The position numbers were made by a program, and so were the translations under genes. A stretch of DNA of 64,000 bases, taken from Chrysomallon squamiferum. Lineage: Eukaryota; Animalia; Mollusca. Each line of letters opens with the position of its first letter. Positions within the stretch are counted from its first letter, which is position 1. The notes below the pieces were generated by a model. It made no database searches, had not been told where the DNA came from, and saw only the letters and a program-made list of their open reading frames with translations. The stretch is taken from assembly GCA_012295275.1 (NCBI GenBank), contig CM022665.1:13020001-13084000 (forward strand), given 5' to 3'. Below, in pieces: positions 1 to 13,384 of the stretch.

Positions 1-344
1 ATTATTTTGTACATGTTAAATTTCCAAGCAGTGGGTGTAGTTCTGATGTAGAACACTGTGGTGTATGACAGTCATAACCTCAATCTTCTCTGATGCACAT
101 ATTCAACTATTTATTCCACTTAAACACAGCTCAACACTTTATTATACAAACCCTTGATATCTGCTTTCATGAGGATGGGAAGGTGCACATAACAACCCCC
201 TTGCTGCTAAGCAATATTAGTGACAGACGAAGTCATGGCATCAGTTTTCCACTGTCTTATAATCATTATTTAAAAACTGTAAGCTTGAAACCAATCAGTC
301 ATTAATATTAAAAATGAATGGAGGAGTGGTTAAACATCAATTCA

Positions 345-530
<186 letters not shown>

Positions 531-896
531 CTAAAATAAATAGAAAAAATACCAATATGAAATCTGAAAGATAACAATTTATTAATGTCATTTTAAAGCC
601 TTTAAAACAAAAGAGTATAGTAATTTGTCTTCTGGAAAATTTTGCTATGGACTAAATTCATTCATTCATTCATTTATTTTTAAAATAATTCTATATAGAT
701 ATTTTGTCAAGTAAAATACTGTGGACATAATATTTACATGTCACAGTTTCTTCTGCAGTGATTTTCTTAATTATATGGACCTGTCTCTGGTATAGGCTGG
801 TGTGGTGTGGAATGATAAAATTTGGTTAGTTTGCTTTGTTATGTACTGGTGCAAAATAACATGATAGAAATTAAATCTTGATACAGAAATGTTTTA

Positions 897-1118
<222 letters not shown>

Positions 1119-1303
1119 TTATAATGCTAATGCAAATATCAGTGAAAAATAAAGAGACAAACAAATAAAACAAGGTATTTTATTTTATTTGTTTTTAATT
1201 CATATAATTCTTTGAAAAAAAGAAAAATATAAAAGAAATACTTTATAAAGAAAATTTAAAAAAATTTTAACACAAAATAATTTTGTATTCATTCAATAAT
1301 CAC

Positions 1304-1431
1304 CATTTAAGAGGCTGACTATCATATTCTAGCCACATTTCTCTCTGACTTTCTTCTTTTACCCATTTTAATAAATGCCGCTGAAGCTTTTCTGTAACAA
1401 GAGGGAAGTAACTTTGTCTTGGAACTAAAAG
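1304..1431 (-). CDS. ATG5: Autophagy protein 5, second coding exon (128 nt)
   Basis: LLVPRQSYFPLVTEKLQRHLLKWVKEESQREMWLEYDSQPLK(W); AG/GT boundaries; in phase with neighbouring exons. Confidence 0.95.
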
Positions 1432-2515
1432 CTGCAAAATTTTAAAGAAGCAAAAGAAGAAGTATAATTACAATAATTGTATCATTTTAAGTATCCAAGA
1501 TTAAAAGTATTTAATAATAATCATAGAAATGGCATTTCTAAAACAATTTCCCTAACAGAACACAAAAATAGGCACATATATATTCTTTCAGTTTAATACC
1601 TAAATCAACACTATATAAACAGACTCTGAAACATTAAAAATATATGAAATACTGCAGACCAAATCAGAAAATACAGACAATTAAAGCTCATTCAGATATT
1701 ATATGCATGTGCAAAATATCTCCAAAATAAATTGTAATACAGTAATACCTTGCTTAACGATCTCCAGCTTTAACAAATTATGTAAATAGAAATTTAATAG
1801 TTAATTGCTCAAAATAAATGGCACAAATGGGTACAATGCATGTATTTAAATCTGTTTTTCATTTGTTTTTCATTTGTTTTTTGTTCAGTTGCCTCCTAAA
1901 GCTTCCCTCAGCTGTGTTGATCAGTTGACATGCAGATGTCACACATGCTTGTGGCATTCAGATTTTCTCTTCTCTTCTGCTTCCATTTAGACTCAACACT
2001 TTTGTAATTTACCCTTCCAATATGTCAAAACAAATAGACAGTATACCACTGAATACTGATGATATAAAACAAAATGGAAGACCATAATTTTAGAAACAAA
2101 ATACAATATCGTAAATGAACACAAAATGCACAAAAATAAGTCCACAATGAGCAGTACATAATTATTTCTTAATCTATTTGTATAAATTTATTTCTAAATG
2201 ATATACTGTTTGTTTAATATCTTTGATCTATTAAATCATTTATGTCTAAACTGCCATTTTATTTCTCCTTATTTAAAACAATTTTTATGTCAAAACTCAT
2301 CAGTGAGAATGTAACCACTGTTTTTAATCTTAATTCTATGCAAATTAGTCTCCTGCTTAACAATAACTCACTTAACGGTCAGAAATTTGGAACCAAATAC
2401 ATCGTTAAACCAAGGTATTACTGTATTAATCATTTGATGAGGTTTACTGAATATAATAATCTTTTTTTGTAAAAATAATCTGTTAATGGACTCTGAGTAC
2501 CACAAATATTATTAC

Positions 2516-2626
2516 ATAAAATGATTCTGGTAGGTCAACAGTTGAAACTTCTTCTTCGGCAAGAGTGAAACAGACTGGTATACGGCCATCCCAGATTTCT
2601 CGCAGGATTTCCCTATCATCGGCCAT
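2516..2626 (-). CDS. ATG5: Autophagy protein 5, first coding exon
   Basis: Translates MADDREILREIWDGRIPVCFTLAEEEVSTVDLPESFY, matching the ATG5 N-terminus (human [22 protein letters not shown]). GT donor at 2515-2514. AG acceptor at 2656-2655 implies an upstream non-coding exon. Confidence 0.95.
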
Positions 2627-2767
2627 CTCAGGAATTCATTGCACAAAATTATTTCTGAAAAAAGTTTAAATAAATTATGTTTCTCTATCGTTAGTACTAA
2701 TAGTAATAGTAGTTACATATTATTACTATATAGACTACAGAAGTAAGGGTGTAAAAAATCTTCTATC

Positions 2768-2819
<52 letters not shown>

Positions 2820-3060
2820 GTATTGCAAAAAATGAAACTATATAATATTAATATATGTAATTTAAATAAAAATGAAACAAAGCGACACTGGCTTAGTCAA
2901 GTTGGTGAAAATGTAGTCTGCTGTATGTAACTTGTAAGTCTTGTTATTTTTCAAATCGTTCCTTTTATATTTGAATGACACTATTTTGTAAAATAACAAA
3001 ACAAATATATATATACTTTATATAAATGGAAAATGAAGCGAGAGAGAAAACAATCGCATA

Positions 3061-3230
3061 ACATTACCAAAGCAAACTTTGAAGCATAAAATCGGTAATA
3101 ATATTAAACTGCAGAACTAACTTCCGCCTTCTTACTTTTGCTCTCATTCAATCAAAAAGAGGTCTACGATGGGAGATAACCAGACGAAATACATGACGTA
3201 TTTCATTCGTTAATACCGGAATACCTTGTT
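3061..3230 (-). promoter_or_regulatory. Probable ATG5 non-coding first exon / promoter
   Basis: Donor-like TTG|GTAATGT near 3061-3070 on the minus strand. Relatively CpG-containing patch with ETS-like (CTTCCG, CCGGAA) and CRE-like (TGACGTA) words upstream of the 2655 acceptor. Confidence 0.35.
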
Positions 3231-3627
3231 TCATTATTGTTATTGTTGTTGTTGTTATTATTGTTAGATATCGAAAGACATTTCATGCTGAAAGTTACAA
3301 CCACAACAATAACGTCATTACAGAATGATCACATTTAAATGTTTCGATCTGATATTTGAAATATTAAAGAAATAAAATTTATGAAGTTGGAATTTAGATA
3401 TTTTTTAATTTTTTAATCGGAAATGTGCGTTGAGTTTCTGCGTCTAGTACACGTTATTAAGAACTAAGAGTATGGATGATCGAGCATATTTGCATTCATC
3501 TACATGCACTTCATTTTTCAAGTCACAAGTGCATACATAAATATATTGTAAACTGGAATATGTGTGTACTTTATTATTTATTTATTTTTTTGTTGTTTTT
3601 TTTTTATTATTATTATTTTTTTTGTCA

Positions 3628-3990
3628 GTATATAAAAAAAGAAAGAGTATAGACAAAAAATATCAGGAAACTTGCAATTTTTGTAGTTGTGATGTCATAG
3701 TGGACAAAACCAGCCTTTCTCAGCCTTTTTTGCCCCAAACCCACTTTGATTTTCCCCACAAATTGTACACTCTACTGTGCCTGGAGACACCCCCAATATA
3801 TACATATAAGATATGTATTCAAAATACTTGATTAAACATAGTGAAACAGTTTTTAGTTACGTCTCTATGAGGCATAGGTTGCAGTTTCAAACTTGAAAAT
3901 TTCAAAGTGCAAACCTGTGAAAGTGAAATATACTGATTCATTAATTCAGAATCCTCATGACCCACCCAAATGTTGCCCCACCCCACTTGA
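3628..3990 (+). repeat. Local dispersed repeat, copy 1 (copy 2 at ~5222-5490; partial copy at ~22880-22960)
   Basis: GAGTATAGACAAAAAATATCAGGAAAC...GTGATGTCAT..TGGACAAAACC...TAGTGAAACAGTTTTTAGTTA...GAATCCTCATG is shared between the copies. Confidence 0.85.
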
Positions 3991-4039
3991 ATTTATTTAT
4001 GTTATATTTAAATAGTTAAATTGCTGATGGTAGAGAAGC

Positions 4040-4470
4040 ATGAATTGTGTACAATTGGATCTTCCATTGTCCACTGGACAGGAATCCAGGTGCAGGCAAC
4101 CTAGGTTTGCAGCAAGCAGCTATCAAGATAAGATGGTTTTGTAACGGGGGAATGCAGTGGTCACACCTAGACAGATTTATTTCAGATAAGTTGAAACACC
4201 AGCCTTCACCTAATGCTGTCATTTTATAGCTGGGATCGAATAACATGGCATCAGCGAAAAACAAGGTTCTGATTCAGAACATCACTTGCTCAGTCTTGTG
4301 ACTGAGAGTACTCGTCCCCTATGTGAGGATCATATGGTCGAACATGCTGCTTTGCCTCTAGTGGCATGTGGCCAAACACCCAAAGCAGGTAGACAAGGCC
4401 TGGAAAGGGTGAACAGCACAGTGAAAACATTGGTCCTTGATGAGGGAGGAGCAGTCATTGGGCACTTCAC
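4040..4470 (+). mobile_element. Degenerate SGNH/GDSL hydrolase fragment of the type carried by Ngaro/DIRS tyrosine-recombinase retrotransposons
   Basis: Read across frameshifts and stops: IGSSIVHW (4054), NLGLQ...IRWFCNGGMQW, PSPNAVIL*LGSNNM (4230), IIWSNML, VDKA..VNSTVKTLVLDEGGAVIGH. These are SGNH blocks I-III in the retroelement-type arrangement. Confidence 0.7.
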
Positions 4471-5221
4471 AGTGAGAGTGGGAGATGCGGAGTGCAGTGC
4501 AAATGTTTTTGGGTGGAGGCAAGGTAAATGGATGGATGTAGTGGATATAGATTCACTCTGGTGGCAGGTCACCTGGGAGACAGCTACAGAGCTCAGGTTC
4601 ATCTGGCCCAGGATTACATTCCACCTACTGAACTGTAGGGGAACAGGTTATTACCAAGGATTCACTCAAGTCTGCCAGAGGAATCCGGCTCTACCTTTGA
4701 GGCTGAAGGGGAGTTGTACAGCCTACTTATGAATTGCTGAGGGGGCATTTTAATGTAATATAGATATACTCAATCTTTGGGGGAGAAGACCAGTTACGCC
4801 CACCTGCAAATTTTGCTGAGGGGGCTGGTTAATTAGGGAAGTTACAGACTGGGAACCTAATTATTAATTAGTTTTACCCAGCTGTGGCCAACTTTTATCC
4901 CAAAAATTAAAGGGTTTGGGTGTATTAATGTAGATGCAAATATCCTGGGAGGTGTCACTTGTACATAGTTGTGTAAATGAATGGAAAAATGTTAACAAAG
5001 AGCACTGTAAATAAATACATATATAATGCTATCATTTCTGTTTTTTATCTGGGCATTAATATATTTATTAATTATTATTGTTTTAATTTAGTTTAGTTTA
5101 GCTTTATATTATTTTATTTTACTTTTTGTTTAGTTTATTTATAATATTAATAACAACATGATTATAATTGTTATTATTTATTTATTCATTTTTTTGTTGT
5201 TTTTTTTTGTTTATTCCAATG

Positions 5222-5660
5222 TATAAAAACAAAAAGAGTATAGACAAAAAATATCAGGAAACTGCAATTTGTCTGTTATTGTGATGTCATAATGGACAAA
5301 ACCCACTTTGATTTTACCTCTGGAGACACCCCAATATGTGTTCAAAAGACTTGATTAAATATAGTGAAACAGTTTTTAGTTATTATCTCTATGTTGCAGC
5401 TTCAAACTTGAAAATTTCAAAATGCCAAAGCTGTGAAAGTGAAATATATTGATTCATTAATTCTGAATCCTCATGCCATTCCCCACTTTGAGAAAACTGT
5501 TCTAAATTTTCTTTCAGTGTGTATAGAAATGTGTCTGTCAGTCTATTGTAAACACAATGATACTGTGATTCCAGCTGTTATAGCATAAATTAATGACATG
5601 CAGATATTTTGTAATCGTGTTTTTTTTTATTCTTTGTTATTAATCATGCTAGATCGCTCA
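5222..5660 (+). repeat. Local dispersed repeat, copy 2
   Basis: 5222-5490 aligns with 3628-3990. 5595-5660 (GACATGCAGATATTTTGTAATCG...CATGCTAGAT.GCTCAA) aligns with ~22968-23033. Confidence 0.85.
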
Positions 5661-6329
5661 AAACAATAAATTAATAATTTGAAAGTAACAAAGAATTGTT
5701 TTATGGGTTAATCATTAACAACACCACAGTGTATATATGTACTTACAAAGAAACACAATTGTTCACACTAGTACAGATCACAAAAACATAGTAAATTAAT
5801 AATCAAATTTTTATTGTTTATACACCTGATTCAAATTGAGTCATTGTACATTCTTTATATTGATACTTTGTGATATATACTGTGATAAAAATAACTGTTG
5901 TAAACAGAATATGAAGTAATTTATAAACAAGGCAGTTAAAATATTAATTACAAAGATTACAAAATAATTTAAAAATTAATGGCTTCTAAAAAATATAATG
6001 TAGCTAGCAACATTAAAAATTTCTCATCACTTATATTAACATTTAAAAATGAACAGAAAATTATTAAAACTGATAATTTATATATAAATTAGAAAACATA
6101 TTTATCAGTTGTAAAAGGGTGTTTTCCTGTTTCTGTGTCACTAAACAGTTATTTATTAATTATTGTTCAGAAATAGCGTAATTATTCTGTTTAATATTTA
6201 GATATAATAATAATAAAAATTAACCAAAATAATAAAGAATAAAAACTACAAGAAACCTGTAAACAGGGGGAAAAAAATCGTCATTAGTAACAACCATTAC
6301 TATTATTACTATTAACAGTGATAATAACT

Positions 6330-6378
<49 letters not shown>
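6330..6378. repeat. (TAA)n microsatellite
   Basis: Direct reading; source of spurious poly-Ile/Leu ORFs. Confidence 0.9.
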
Positions 6379-6381
<3 letters not shown>

Positions 6382-6524
6382 TGATGATGTTGATAATAAC
6401 AATAAAAAATAATACAATATAGATAATAATTTCTGTAAAAAACAAAAGCATTTCAAAATATATAAAAAAGACACCAAAAAACCCACGTTTTGAACACAGA
6501 CACATACGTCAGCTTTGAACTTTC

Positions 6525-7275
6525 TCATGTGATGCCATGGAACTGACAGCTAAAGTGGTTTCTATACTTGAAAAACAAAACACCAGTAGATCTACAATCT
6601 GTATTCAGGGACATACAACTATCGGGAAAAATTATTGGTTTATCAAACCGTTTACCCTTCTTCCTGTTGGTGCTATTGGATGGACAGGAAAAGACGAGTG
6701 GTATTTGTAGATGAAGCCAATATCACTATTATAATGGTGGATAGATAAAAAGTCTTCTTAGAGGAAACAATGTCAGTGTTGAAAGGAAATACAAGTCTCC
6801 ACAAACAATACCCAAAACATCCATCCTGATGTGTTCAAACATCAATCCATGGAAAGGTCTGAATCCAGAAGTACAGGCCATAAAAAATAGAATGTACTAC
6901 ATAAAGATGAATAACAACACAGAGCAACTAGGAGAGATCCTAGCAGATGCCAAACACCCCAATCCAAAGATGTGGATATGCTTCAAGGAACTGTTTGAGA
7001 ATGAACAGATTGACCTGGAAGAATGTGCACAACTCAACTTTGATGACAGTGTTTTATGTTCTTTTGATAATCCTGCATACAGCAGTGATGAACTGGTTTC
7101 CAAGTACACATATTTGAGATTCAATGCCTTTTGTCCAGTAAGTGCCATATAGAGCCAAATGCTGTAGATGGAACTAGTGCTTCAGACCCTGAGTGACAGT
7201 GTGACTGAAGATTTGGAATTCTTCACAACACATGACACTGTAGTTGATTTAATACTTAAGTAGTATCCAAATAAA
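6525..7275 (+). mobile_element. Endogenous parvovirus/densovirus-like element: frameshifted NS1 SF3 helicase pseudogene
   Basis: ILEKQNTSRSTICIQGHTTIGKNYW (Walker A, ~6606-6632), RRVVFVDEA (Walker B, ~6698-6715), KSLLRGNNVSVERKYK (motif B'), PKTSILMCSN (motif C), AIKNRM (Arg finger). At least two frameshifts. AATAAA near 7269. Confidence 0.8.
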
Positions 7276-8253
7276 GACTGATTTATATTATTAACATTGG
7301 TGCAAATATAGCTTTGAAAATAAAATATATGAAATGACATTAATGTATGTGTTACAAAACTTTGAATAAGATACACAAGCAAATTAATAACAAAATCTAA
7401 CGAAATAAAATATCATATTCATCTTAAACACTTGCCAATAGGGGCAATACACAATTCTCTACAAATGTACAAGCTTAACCACACAAAGGGAGAGCTTTAC
7501 AATGATTTATTTTTCACTGGTTATGTTTAATTAACAAATATTGGTATTAAAATATAATAAACAAAATTAATGAAGTCATTCAGTCATGTGATTTTTAATT
7601 AACGAAATTAAGTCTATGTCATGTTCTGTTTTGTTTTCTTGCAACACTGAATAATTTTCTGTAACTTTATAACTGAATCTTTTTATTATAGTTAGTACTT
7701 GTTTTTCTCCTAATCATTATACGAAAATAAAATAGAGCAAACAACTTTTTTTTTCAACATACTTTTGTATATATAAAAAATAATAATAATTTGTGTATGT
7801 ATGTGTAATGATAAGGGTGGCAGATAATGTGATATGATAATTTATATATGTATGTAACTCCCTAGTTAACTCACTATATAAGTTACTCACAAAATCACTG
7901 TCCTAGGGACAAACAACAAAGATTGGGTTTCAAATCAAAGGTAATCTGTGATATAGAAATACTAGTGTATACAACATTGTAATTCTGGCATCTCCAAGAA
8001 TGACAAACCGATCAGGTTCTTAGAACCATATTTACTACAAAGCATAACTATTATAATTATTTTACTTAAAATTATGCCAAAATATTTTAATAAAGACTGC
8101 TGGTAAAAGTGGGCAGTAAAATGCATATATTATATTTATTGTCTCATCTTTAATATATAATATCTTAATTATTCTTTTTACTGATCTCGGCTGATCTGTA
8201 GCACATAATAAGTGAAACCATTATTAACCAGATATAAAAATGCTTACTTTCAC

Positions 8254-8489
8254 TAACAATTATTTACGGTCCTGTCATGTCAAGGGCCAGAGTGCAATCC
8301 TTGTTCTTGGAAAATGTTCTCCTTTAAATTCTAAGCAGCAGTTGCCATATATGGCCATGTCACAGTCCCCAGTGCTCCCAATAGGAGTCAATCATTTTAT
8401 TTTGCTAGCACTTCTCTGCTCAGATTACTTTTGTTAACTAATTACTTTAAAAACAATACTGACCTTAACAGAACCGGAAATAATGGTTA
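8254..8489. mobile_element. Unclassified MITE-like element with ~25-bp imperfect terminal inverted repeats
   Basis: Left end TAACAATTATTTACGGTCCTGTCA versus reverse complement of right end TAACCATTATTTCCGGTTCTGTTA. Confidence 0.55.
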
Positions 8490-9090
8490 TTATTTCTCTA
8501 TTCTATATATGTGTGTATATATATATGTATGCATGTATGTGTATGTGTGTATATTTATGTATATTAGTTTTGTTGCATGTTATTCTGAGCCATACATGTA
8601 AATATATTTACTTGTTTTGATATACTGAGTGAATATTTGCTGTCATGTGCAAACATGTAAGTATTTGTATGTATATCTGTATATATTTATTGAAATAACT
8701 GTGTAAGGATTACATATGCATGTAAATGATACATTACCAAAGAAATTATTTCAACAATAATAATAATGATGAAAATGATGACAATAATAGCTATCATTAT
8801 CATTATTTCATTTATCACATGTACATAATTGTAAAAATTTAATAATGTAATTCAATTTAATAATATAGTAAACTCAAAAAATACAGTTGTAAATCATGTT
8901 CAGTATGAATTGGTATAATTACTGTTTACTTATTACAGAATATTGGAAAATATTGTAAAAGTACTTAAAATACAGATAACATTTCAACATCATAAAATAA
9001 CGTTTAATTGCATTTATAAAGTTTCAGCAGTTTGCTGTTACATGTGATCACAGGATTTTGTTTTCTGATGAACACTGATATTTTTTAATG

Positions 9091-9257
9091 CTACCATTTC
9101 TTTGCTCGTGACCTTCCTTTAGGTACACTCCGTCTTGGTACTGGTTCCTTTTTCTTTCTTGATGCCTGGCTGGATTGAGGAGCACCTTGCCTCAAAATGT
9201 ACTTGTCAATGAGATCCTCTCTTTTTATTTTTCCGAGAATATCTCGCAAAAGTTTTT
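9091..9257 (-). CDS. Gene A terminal exon: end of DED-like domain plus basic tail
   Basis: EKLLRDILGKIKREDLIDKY (RxDL motif) followed by RKKKEPVPRRSVPKGRSRAKKW*. Spliced CDS totals 1917 nt (638 aa). Confidence 0.8.
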
Positions 9258-9669
9258 CTGATAAATAAATAAAGTAATTAAGCAAACACAAATCATTATT
9301 ATATATTATTATAATTGTTATATTATCACTGTTGCTGTTAATGTTGTTGTTGTTGTTATTATTAAACCAATGTTTGAACCCACTGACATTGATATATTAT
9401 TCTTCAATCCATCTCCCCACAAATTTTTTTGAAATGACAGAAAATTGTGCTTGAAAAAAAATTAGAAGTCTAGAATACATGAATGTTTTCTGAATGTCAT
9501 TAAGAAGAACCAAAACTATAAAAAAAGAAAAAAGAAAGAATCTCACACATATATTTACACAGATACAACACCCCCAAAAACCCCAACAAAAAACAACAAA
9601 ACAAACCCACAAGTTAAAAAACAACAAAAAAACTCTCCTTACAGTATTTCATGAGTTAATAGTGTATAC

Positions 9670-9879
9670 CTAATTGTTCTTTCCTTCCAGCCTTTAATTT
9701 GCTTAAAACAGCAAACTCCACTAGACGGAATTGTTGAACTTGAAGCTGTTGTTTCTCAGTTTCACTGAGTATGATACCTTTGTATAGAGCACTCCATTCT
9801 TCCTTGGTTAATTCTATTGCCATGTTCCAAAACTTCTGCTGAAGATCTTGATTGATAAACTGTGACAAAGAACTGATAC
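9670..9879 (-). CDS. Gene A exon: second death-fold (DED-like) domain, N-terminal part
   Basis: GISSLSQFINQDLQQKFWNMAIELTKEEWSALYKGIILSETEKQQL...; poly-T acceptor; phase-1 boundaries. Confidence 0.75.
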
Positions 9880-10266
9880 CTGAAAAAAAAAAAAAAAAAA
9901 AAAAAAATGTTTTTGAATCTTTTTTTAATCCTAAGACATTAATTTGCCAAAATGATGTTTGAGAAAAATATAAAAACTGAATACAGAAATATTCTGAAAT
10001 GTTGCTGTACATTATTATTAGGCCTACTATTATTATTATTAGTGGTATTGTTGTTGCTGTTGTTATTTTTTATCCAATTTATAGGATTTATTTATTTGTT
10101 AACATTTCTTTTTTGTTAGCAATATTGCTTAAATATGTAGTATTGTTTGACCTCTAACACACAGCTACAGAGGGCAGTTTTAGTGGTTAATAGTTTAATT
10201 AACTGCACTGGTGATCTGGTTGTCCAGTCAGGTCATGATTATTCTTTATATTTTTGAAACACTTAC

Positions 10267-10860
10267 CAATAAAATTAAAATTGAAATGAACTGAACAGTT
10301 TGGTCCAGTCAGAAACAGAGAACTCTTCAAAAGGTAATTTTCTATCAGAAGGCTCAGTGTTCTGCTTTCCATCGTACTGGCAATATTCCTGATATTTTCC
10401 AGTTCCATGACAAATTTCTGTCTTTCCTCCATTGCTGATATAGTGGATTTCACATCCAGAAGTTGTTTTATCAGTGACATATCACTTTCCTTGACTTCAG
10501 CCATAGACAGTAAATTTGTATAATGCTTTAAAGAACTGAGAAATTGTAACCTTTGTACTTCACAGTGATTCTGCCCATTCTTCACCACTTCAGTCGTTAT
10601 GTTTAAACGATCTACTACTTGCAGTGCTTTGTTGAACATACGTTTGTACATCATTGCCTCTTCCAGTAACTCTGTTTTCTCCATTTCAATAAACTCAGTG
10701 TGCTTTTCTCTAATCTGCCCCAGTCTGTCTGTTTCCAGCAGCTGTGTTGAGCTCAGTTCCAACTCTTGTTTCAGTTTGTTTTCTTTTTCCATCAGATTTT
10801 TCACCTGCTTTTCCCACTCAGATTTTTCATCTTTTGGCTCTTGTTTTTCCAAAGGAATTT
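10267..10860 (-). CDS. Gene A exon: coiled-coil region
   Basis: 198-codon open frame (ORF 10199-10867) rich in E/K/L heptads; AG at 10862-10861, GT at 10266-10265. Confidence 0.85.
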
Positions 10861-11000
10861 CTGACATGTAAAAGAATGCAAGTTGTTAAAGGCAAATATT
10901 TCAACCTGTTATATTCTATACTTTATCTCATACTCACACTGTGTGCTGTATGTCATAGTTCTTTGATAATTTGTATATAGTAATATGAAATAAATAAATA

Positions 11001-11336
11001 CAGGGTTCATATTTTACCATGGCAATGATGGCAAGTGCTAGGCTGCCATCTTTACTTGCCTTGGTGTCTAAAAATATGGTTACTGTATGTGGTTTGCCTC
11101 TGTAACCTTCCCATAAATCTCGACTGTATGAGACAATACTGAGTAATCATGTGATATTTCATGGAATGAAGTCAGTATTAGGTTAATTAGGTATGTCTTT
11201 CATCCTTACTTGTAAACAAGAAAACGAGAAAGTTAGCTTGGCAGCTACCAAATATAGAGAACTTTCAATTTTGTTTTAAGGTTTAAGTGATTCAAAAAAA
11301 CACTTGCCTTGCCTTAAGAAAAATAAAAATTCACTG
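11001..11336. mobile_element. Possible hAT-like MITE in a gene A intron
   Basis: Ends CAGGGTT...GGCAAGTG and CACTTGCC...CACTG form imperfect inverted repeats; no clear TSD. Confidence 0.35.
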
Positions 11337-11471
11337 TGTATACATGTGTGTGTACACACAAACAGACCAACAACAAAAAAGTCAAACACAAATATTAGAC
11401 AACTATCTCTCGAATTTGAAAACCCAGTTATATCTAATAATAAAATAAGAAATCAAACTAGAATCACATAC

Positions 11472-11735
11472 CTCTAATTGTAAGAATATCTTCAACAAAT
11501 TCCACACTTATCCCTTCAGTGGTAGGTTTAAGGCTTTTAAAAATTTCTATACTTATTTCTGGAACCATGAATGTTAACAAAATACTATTAGATGGCTGGA
11601 TTCCATTGAGGAATACAAATTGTAATGGTATGCAAAGTAGTTCAGCCAACTGATGTCTTTGCTTTTCTTTTTCTTCATTATTCAGGTTAGAAATGTTGCC
11701 TCTGATGTATACTTTGACATATCTGTAACCATTTG
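11472..11735 (-). CDS. Gene A exon: ~88-aa alpha/beta domain (possibly TRADD-N-like)
   Basis: ANGYRYVKVYIRGNI...QLAELLCIPLQFVFLNGIQPSNSILLTFMVPE; open in frame with phase-1 boundaries. The domain name is an inference. Confidence 0.75.
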
Positions 11736-12517
11736 CTGAAAAATGTACATAATTACACCAAATAAAATAATCATAGCAAGGTTTTAATTCATAACAATGT
11801 TTAATATACTTTACATAATCTGGATGTTATGTTGTATTAATTTTCAGTATGTATGCCTACTTATCACTTTTTTAATCCATGAAGCATATAATTGAAATAA
11901 ACTGTGAATCTCTGTCAGTTTTGAAGACACATGTAGGCATAATAAAAGAGTAAAACATAAATGTACATAACTGGTATTTTATAATACTATTCAACTCATT
12001 TAAACCTTGACTAAAACTTACACAATAATGAATACATTTTCTATGATTTATTCAAGCATAATTTAATAAAATGCCTTAAATTAGAATTAAAGCAAATTGA
12101 GATTCATCATCAATATTTAATTAATGTATATTAATCACTTACATAAACACCTGATTTCAGGTATTCAGTATGACAATGACTTCAAATGCTATTTTTAAAT
12201 ATGTTTTATGAAAATTGTATTGCTTTCTTTATTTATTTGTTTGTTTATTTATCAATTTCTAGTAGTATGATCAGGAAATGATTATTAACTGGGATCCAGG
12301 AACTGACAGTAGTGATGATGACATTCCTGTAGACATTACCTGAATATTAACCCTGTGAACTGCTGAGAATGATTCAGATATGTACTTCATTTTAATGGCC
12401 TTTGTCAGTTTAATATTAGAACATTATGGAATTGTGAAGCACTCTATGTTTCAACACAATATTAAATAACTCAATATCTTTATTATTTCTTTAGTCAATT
12501 AATTAATTCCTATTTAC

Positions 12518-12739
12518 CTGGCTTTTCAGATGGCATGAAAAAATACAGTGGTTTTTTGTCATTTTCTTTGGCAAATTCAATAACTTTTGTTATGAGGTCT
12601 TTTCTGTTTATATGCCAAATAAGAACCTGCAGATAGAGAAGATTGAATCTGTTGATTTTCCCCATTTTCCTTAGGTGTGAAAAAAGATCTATCGGTTCTT
12701 TACATTTTTCAAGCGTCCTTTCACCAAATCCAGTCTCAT
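12518..12739 (-). CDS. Gene A exon: C-terminal half of the DED
   Basis: DETGFGERTLEKCKEPIDLFSHLRKMGKINRFNLLYLQVLIWHINRKDLITKV contains the DED RxDL motif (RKDL). Confidence 0.85.
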
Positions 12740-12988
12740 CTACAGGTGAAAAAGAAAAATTAAGCATGAAGATGACCAATGTTAGGCAGATAGCAACATG
12801 GACACATACACACACACACAGAGACAGAGAGAGAGAGACAGAGAGATGCAAAATACACAGATAACTATTAACAGATCTACATGACTGAAATGTAAGAAAT
12901 CACCAAACAATGAATTAAGAATTGTTAGGCATTCATTGACACAACCAACAGAACCAATCAACCAACCAAACAATGAAAAACAACCCAC

Positions 12989-13144
12989 CCTTGACTAAGT
13001 GTACAATCATTTTATAATCGCTGCTGTCAAGATCTAGAGCTATTTTCATCAAAAATACTTTGAGTCCCCAATCTTCTGATACATCTGCACTTGATAAAAT
13101 ACGTCTCTCATCTGAATGTGCAGTAGTCTGTATAGTTTGGACAA
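12989..13144 (-). CDS. Gene A exon: N-terminal half of a death effector domain (DED)
   Basis: ...WGLKVFLMKIALDLDSSDYKMIVHLVK matches DED helices 1-2; phase-1 boundaries. Confidence 0.8.
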
Positions 13145-13384
13145 CTTAAAAAATGAAAACACAAACAAAAATACAAAACAATATACATATACAGAGTTAA
13201 TTAACATAAGTTAAAACACCCTTAATATTTATCCTCGTTTTGTCCTTTATTTGTATCACAATCATCATCTTTATCATCATATTTATCATTACATGTATTA
13301 CTGTTATTATTATCATTATGATTATTTTTATCATCTATCTACCTCTTTATTTATTTATTTATTTATTTGTTTATATGCAATTAC

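Noticed and set aside
4286-4732. 148-aa ORF as a standalone gene or parvoviral capsid partner for the NS1 fossil
   Set aside because: Only its middle matches the frameshifted SGNH reading; no PLA2 or capsid-like motifs seen.
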